A stretch of DNA of 64,000 bases from a virus, in the IMG/VR virus record IMGVR_UViG_3300027747_004779, positions 1 to 64,000 of that record. The stretch is one strand, 5' to 3'. Below are positions 59,198 through 64,000 of the stretch, one piece after another. The translations under genes were made by a program, and so were the position numbers. How positions within the stretch are numbered: the first letter of the stretch is position 1; each line of letters starts with the position of its first letter. Below the pieces are notes generated by a model. The model was not told the origin of the DNA. It ran no database searches and was given only the letters and a program-made list of their open reading frames with translations.

Positions 59198-60544
59198 TTA
59201 ACTATTAGGCGAATTTGGTGTCCGAATCGATGTATCTAGCGGATTATTAATAGAAGCATTAACATTTTGTCTCGTAGAATCGACAAACGGATTATTACTA
59301 CTATCTGTGGGAATTCCTGCAGTGTTCGTAGTTACTACCGGTGCTTTATTTAGAACAGAATACATAAAATTCTTAGACTCTGGAATAAGACTTTTTACAG
59401 TGATGTTTATTACATAAGCATCAGGAATAATAGTAGATATTTCATTTCTTGATGTCTGTCCTGTAAACCCTATTACGCGTTGAAAAACGCTATCAATAGC
59501 AGATGTAAGCTGACTTGTAGGATTATTTGCACCGGATTCAACACTAAGACTCTCTGTTGCAGCAAGATTAAATTTTATTTCGCGGCGCGAGCCCTTAAAC
59601 TGCACGGACATTGCTGAAATATAGCAAAATGGAAGAAACTTAACACCAGGAATTTCAACTTGATAGAGAACTGGAGGCTCAACAACAGATTTATTCTTAC
59701 GTGATGGCTTGTTGTTATACATTAACAAAAATACTAATTCCCAATTTCTTACTACATCATCAAAAGTTGAAGATCCAGTATTAATAAGAGGAAATGAAAA
59801 TGAGAATTCCTCGCCTTCTGTAGGATAGTTATAAAACTTAGCGCGTTCAACAAAAGTGATTTGAGTTGGATTTCTAATAACATTAGTAATCTCAGCAATA
59901 TCGGTTGCCATGTCTGCAGCATCTTTTAATAGACCTAGAAAAGGATTACCACCTGCATCTTGTGAAAAACCGTTACTTTGAGAGTTGTTGTAGTTATCAA
60001 AATACGGTAGATGAAACTCCCACCCTGTAGGCTCTGTTATATAAAGATTTTGATATGGTAAAAGGTATTTATTTTGTGAATATACATCATTATTATCCTG
60101 CAAAAATGATGCTTGTCCAAGAAGATCCTTTGTATATTGAGATGCAGACTGTACTGCCCCACCGGTTCTACCTGTGTTTAAAAAATTTGTAATAGGGTTC
60201 TTAATACCGTCAGGAAGGCTTTCAAAAGCAGCGGTAATATTACTTTTAGCTATACCAAATGAATATTTTAACTGTGAAATAAGAGCGTTTGCTTTTAAGC
60301 GCTTCTCTTTTAAAATAATTCTCGGTGTTTCAGCTCGTGAATCCCTTAATTTAGAATATGTCCAGTAAAAATTATTAACAACATCTACAATTCCACCGCC
60401 GCCGTTACTACTACCACCGAGAATCCCGGCTCCACCTGCAGAAGCGTTAGGTGCAACGAGTTTAGGCGGCTCTACATCAATAGAACTATTTCGTACAGTA
60501 TTGCCAAAATCTCTAGCTTGAGAAATAGAAAATACGTGATTCAT
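59198..60544 (-). CDS. baseplate/tail-tube junction protein (gp48/gp54-like)
   Basis: FSFSFPL, PPVLYQVEIPG, CYISAMSVQF; synteny. Confidence 0.55.
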   Translation of the reverse strand: MNHVFSISQARDFGNTVRNSSIDVEPPKLVAPNASAGGAGILGGSSNGGGGIVDVVNNFYWTYSKLRDSRAETPRIILKEKRLKANALISQLKYSFGIAKSNITAAFESLPDGIKNPITNFLNTGRTGGAVQSASQYTKDLLGQASFLQDNNDVYSQNKYLLPYQNLYITEPTGWEFHLPYFDNYNNSQSNGFSQDAGGNPFLGLLKDAADMATDIAEITNVIRNPTQITFVERAKFYNYPTEGEEFSFSFPLINTGSSTFDDVVRNWELVFLLMYNNKPSRKNKSVVEPPVLYQVEIPGVKFLPFCYISAMSVQFKGSRREIKFNLAATESLSVESGANNPTSQLTSAIDSVFQRVIGFTGQTSRNEISTIIPDAYVINITVKSLIPESKNFMYSVLNKAPVVTTNTAGIPTDSSNNPFVDSTRQNVNASINNPLDTSIRTPNSPNS

Positions 60545-60556
60545 AAGAATACTTAA

Positions 60557-62446
60557 TTAAAAGGTAACCCTATCTGTAAGCTCTCTTCTATAGTCGTAGT
60601 TTGAAGAGGGTCGATCGCCAAATGATGTATTGTTTGCTGTATTCTGTACTACTACGTTTGAGCTTGTTTTCTTATCACGTATATCCTTTAGTAAGTTAAC
60701 GTTTTCGCCCATAATTTTTATTTCATTTGATTGTAATGCAGCTGCAGCCTTAAAGTATTGTTGTAATCCTTTATTAAGTTCTTGTACAGTAACTGTAAGC
60801 TGTTTAATAGAATCACCAGTATGTTCATCGCGATTCTGTAAAATATTATCAATAGGACCACCGCTCTTAAATGCCATTATTTGATCTTGTTTATCAAACG
60901 AAAATGCTTGGCCACGAGAAATTAAAGTTCTATTATTATCGTCAATAAAGTCAGCTACCGGCTTAACAGCAGTTTTTCTTGTATTTGTATCTGCAAGCTT
61001 ATCAACTTCTGTATCGCTTTTACCGAAAACTCTTTTAAAAAGATTTTTTACAGCGTCCCAAATAAACGTCCATAGCTCTGCAATAGTATCTGTAAGTGAA
61101 TTCTCTCTAAAAAAGTCTTGTACTGCTTTACCCCAACTTTCACTGAATAAACCTATAAATTTACCAATAGCGATTCCAAGAGCATCACCAAGCATCTCAG
61201 GCAATGCAAGAAGGCCTCTTAGAATAGCTTCAATTATTCTACCGGAATTCCATGCTTCCACAATTTTGTCTGTGTATTCCTTGACGTCTTTCCATGTCAT
61301 TATACCAAATGTTACAAAGCTTAAAAGTCCTCCTAAAATACCATCAACAAACCCTTTTATAGTAGCGCCCTCTTCCATTATAGATTGAAATAAATTAACA
61401 CCTACGTCTAGAATAATACCTAACCAAAAAAAAGCTTTTTCTGCTAATCTAAAAATAAAACTTTTTGTAAGCAGCGTGTAGGCTGTTTCAACAATTTTTA
61501 AAAGTGGTCTAAAAGCTTCAAATACTTTAGCAATCCAGCTAAACATAGTTGTTCTTAAAGTACCTACAATCTCAAGAACGCGTCCTATAATACCTTCATC
61601 CTGAAATGCAGCTCGTATGCTGTTAAATATTTTTCCTATTACCCCTTCTTCGGTAAATAACGCTTTAAATGAATTCCATGTTCTACCAATAAACCCTTCT
61701 TCAGAAAATAGAGTTGCAATATCTTTAAAAAACTTTCCTATTACCCCTTCTTCTGTAAATGGTGCTTTAAGCTTTTGCCATAACTTACTAACTGGTCCTT
61801 CGCTGGAAAAAAATTCTTCTAATCCCTTGATAGCTCTACCTAAAAAACTCTCTTCTGAAAATAACCCTCGTACCCGAGCAATAACTCTACCAATAACCCC
61901 GTCTTCTGCAAATAGACCTTTCAGCCATTTCCAAGCTTTACCAAATATACCTTCTTCTGTAAATAAATTTTTAAGCGCTTTCCATGTTCTTGTAAGAAGC
62001 CCGTCCTCTTTGAAAAGACCGGATATTACTCTCCATAAACCCTCAATAGCTTTCTTAAAATTAGCTATATATCCACCTACAAATTTTATAAATCCTGAAA
62101 TTAAACCGGCTAGTATTAATCCTAATATCTTCCAATAACTCCTTTTCGGATCTTCCTTTTTATCAGGCAATTGCATTGAAGCAGTACCACTTAGTAGCTT
62201 TTGTATCGCTTTCTTGCCCTCAAGAGAAATATTATCTATAACTACTGGCGCGGCTTGATACAGCTTTTCTTTTTGTTTTAGTCTTCTTGTTCTATCTTTT
62301 TCACGTTTATCATCTGTAAAAAGATCTGTAATCTTACTCATTAACCCTTCTTTACCGGATGGTTTACCTTCGGACAGAAGGCCCATAATACTAGCTAATT
62401 TTTCATTAATACCTAGTATATTGCTATCGAGAGTAGCTTCATTCAT
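60557..62446 (-). CDS. tape-measure-like protein
   Basis: Helical 17-aa repeats LF.EEG.IG..W..LK and hydrophobic segments. Confidence 0.6.
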   Translation of the reverse strand: MNEATLDSNILGINEKLASIMGLLSEGKPSGKEGLMSKITDLFTDDKREKDRTRRLKQKEKLYQAAPVVIDNISLEGKKAIQKLLSGTASMQLPDKKEDPKRSYWKILGLILAGLISGFIKFVGGYIANFKKAIEGLWRVISGLFKEDGLLTRTWKALKNLFTEEGIFGKAWKWLKGLFAEDGVIGRVIARVRGLFSEESFLGRAIKGLEEFFSSEGPVSKLWQKLKAPFTEEGVIGKFFKDIATLFSEEGFIGRTWNSFKALFTEEGVIGKIFNSIRAAFQDEGIIGRVLEIVGTLRTTMFSWIAKVFEAFRPLLKIVETAYTLLTKSFIFRLAEKAFFWLGIILDVGVNLFQSIMEEGATIKGFVDGILGGLLSFVTFGIMTWKDVKEYTDKIVEAWNSGRIIEAILRGLLALPEMLGDALGIAIGKFIGLFSESWGKAVQDFFRENSLTDTIAELWTFIWDAVKNLFKRVFGKSDTEVDKLADTNTRKTAVKPVADFIDDNNRTLISRGQAFSFDKQDQIMAFKSGGPIDNILQNRDEHTGDSIKQLTVTVQELNKGLQQYFKAAAALQSNEIKIMGENVNLLKDIRDKKTSSNVVVQNTANNTSFGDRPSSNYDYRRELTDRVTF

Positions 62447-62473
62447 TAATAATATTTAAAGATTTTTTACTGT

Positions 62474-63223
62474 TTAGACAGTAAAAAGAGAGGGATCAAT
62501 ATTAATATCTACCTCTTTACCATTATCTGTAAAGTATCCTTTTTCGAACAGTTTAGCGCTATTAATAAACTCAATAAGTTTAGTATTAATGGTAAGCGGA
62601 AGCTTTTCGACAAGTTGCGTCTTTTGCGCAAGATTAAGCTCATCAAATGCAATGCTAACAACATTACCACTGTTATTAATGTCTACTTTATCAATGTATT
62701 TTGTAAGCTCATTAATATACAATTCACCAACAGCTTCTTTGGGTAGGTCGTCGTTATCTGGAAGAGGTGCAAGTTTCTTTTTAGATTCGATATTAATTGA
62801 ATTATCGCGGTTTAACGAAGGAATTGCAGCAGTAATCTTAATATTATCTACTGTAATTTCTGTTGTCTTAAGCTCTGTAGGTAGCGGTAAGTTGTTATTA
62901 AGTACAAAATCTAAATTAATAATTTCATCTTCTTTTTTATATGTTGATGAAAGTGAAAGCACTCTTAAACATACAGCTATATAACTACGATCAGATAAAA
63001 GTAAATCAGCAGGCTCTTGAATATTTTCACGTAAAATAGAATTTAAAAGAAGCGAAAACGAAACACCAGCAGTCGCTTTCTCTAAAGCGCTTTTTACCGC
63101 ATCTTTTTGCTGCTTTGTATTTAGTCCTTTAAATTTTACCTTTCGGTTTAAAGAAGGAACAAAAATTTCAAAACTTTTAGATAAACTGTCAAGCGTATTT
63201 AACGCACTAGTAAACTTCTCCAT
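62474..63223 (-). CDS. baseplate hub assembly protein (gp26-like)
   Basis: IFVPSLNRKVKFKGLNTKQQK, DRSYIAVCLRVLS. Confidence 0.65.
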   Translation of the reverse strand: MEKFTSALNTLDSLSKSFEIFVPSLNRKVKFKGLNTKQQKDAVKSALEKATAGVSFSLLLNSILRENIQEPADLLLSDRSYIAVCLRVLSLSSTYKKEDEIINLDFVLNNNLPLPTELKTTEITVDNIKITAAIPSLNRDNSINIESKKKLAPLPDNDDLPKEAVGELYINELTKYIDKVDINNSGNVVSIAFDELNLAQKTQLVEKLPLTINTKLIEFINSAKLFEKGYFTDNGKEVDINIDPSLFTV

Positions 63224-63227
63224 AATG

Positions 63228-64000
63228 CTATTTATTTAGCCCCATAGGGTTAGCAACCGCTTTGGATTGTTCTTCTTGCATTTTGGCAAGCTCTGCTTCA
63301 TATATTTTGCAAAGTACAATATTCTCTGTCAGTGTATTATTGTCTATAGCCTCACATGTAAAAAACATTTTGCTCACTAATAGATACTGCATTTCATATA
63401 TATTTTTTAAATTAGCTGAAAAAAGAGCTTTTAGAATCTCGAATAACGTTGTATTGTAGGGAGATATCTCAATTTTATCAGAGTCTTTTAAACCTACTTT
63501 TAAAACAAGGTCTTTAAACGCCTTTATATTATCTTTACTAAACTTATCAATACGGCTCGTTACTTCTGCAGGAAGCTGTTCAATAATTTTCTGCCTCTCT
63601 TCTGATGTAGCAGAAAAAATGTCAATTTCTTCGTCGCTAACAAACACTTTATCTATTGAGCTGTAATAAGCATCTAAAAGGTTTTCAAAGTAAAGTGCTT
63701 TGGGTAGAGTGATTTGTATTTTTAAAGTGTCAATAACATGCTCACTTATAAATTCTGTTTTAAAATCGAGGCATTTATTTAAAAAAGGCACTAAAGGTAT
63801 TTTAGTTACCGATGTACTTTCTTTTAATTCTATTTCTGGTGATACAAATATACAGCGAAGTAAATAAAGCATACAAAATTTGTCAAAGTTTGTAAGTTTA
63901 TCATAATATTCTTTTTCTATTAAACATTCTTTTACGATTTCTTCAAAGCATTCAGAAATATGAAAGTTGTTGTTGTTTAACAAAAATTTATTTAGTACAC
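63228..64000 (-). CDS. baseplate hub assembly protein (gp26/gp51-like), probably 5'-truncated by the window edge
   Basis: LTNFDKFCMLYLLRCIFVSP; reading frame stays open to the window end. Confidence 0.55.
   Translation of the reverse strand, partial: VLNKFLLNNNNFHISECFEEIVKECLIEKEYYDKLTNFDKFCMLYLLRCIFVSPEIELKESTSVTKIPLVPFLNKCLDFKTEFISEHVIDTLKIQITLPKALYFENLLDAYYSSIDKVFVSDEEIDIFSATSEERQKIIEQLPAEVTSRIDKFSKDNIKAFKDLVLKVGLKDSDKIEISPYNTTLFEILKALFSANLKNIYEMQYLLVSKMFFTCEAIDNNTLTENIVLCKIYEAELAKMQEEQSKAVANPMGLNK

Noticed and set aside
1-64000. Alternative genetic code (stop-codon reassignment)
   Set aside because: Standard-code ORFs tile the window densely, core genes are intact, and no suppressor tRNA is present

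Overview
AT-rich segment of a large T4-like (myovirus-type) phage genome; the host cannot be identified from this window. The right two-thirds (~14.5-64 kb, almost all minus strand) is a tail/baseplate module: gp6, gp25, gp53-, gp27-, gp48/54- and gp26-like proteins, a tape-measure-like protein and a transglycosylase hub protein, plus a clamp loader, dUTPase and a probable small terminase. Five virion proteins have Thr/Pro mucin-like domains, and an 8-gene glycosyl-/methyltransferase cluster led by a GT60-like enzyme is embedded among them. The left part is accessory: an LRR protein, putative capsid-packaged proteins (one with a HiPIP-like domain), two LCIB-type carbonic anhydrases, three tRNAs and a tmRNA. 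The most notable element is an ORF-less group I ribozyme core at ~10783-11066 (minus strand) with its own late-type promoter and no evident cis 5' exon. Its putative internal guide sequence GGCCCG is exactly complementary (with a U.G wobble) to CGGGCU, positions 28-33 of the canonical bacterial initiator tRNA. The phage's own initiator-type tRNA 3 kb away has a rewritten anticodon stem that breaks this pairing. This suggests, as inference only, an RNA-only system that attacks host tRNA-fMet and replaces it with an immune copy. All family assignments come from motif recognition by eye; no searches were run.
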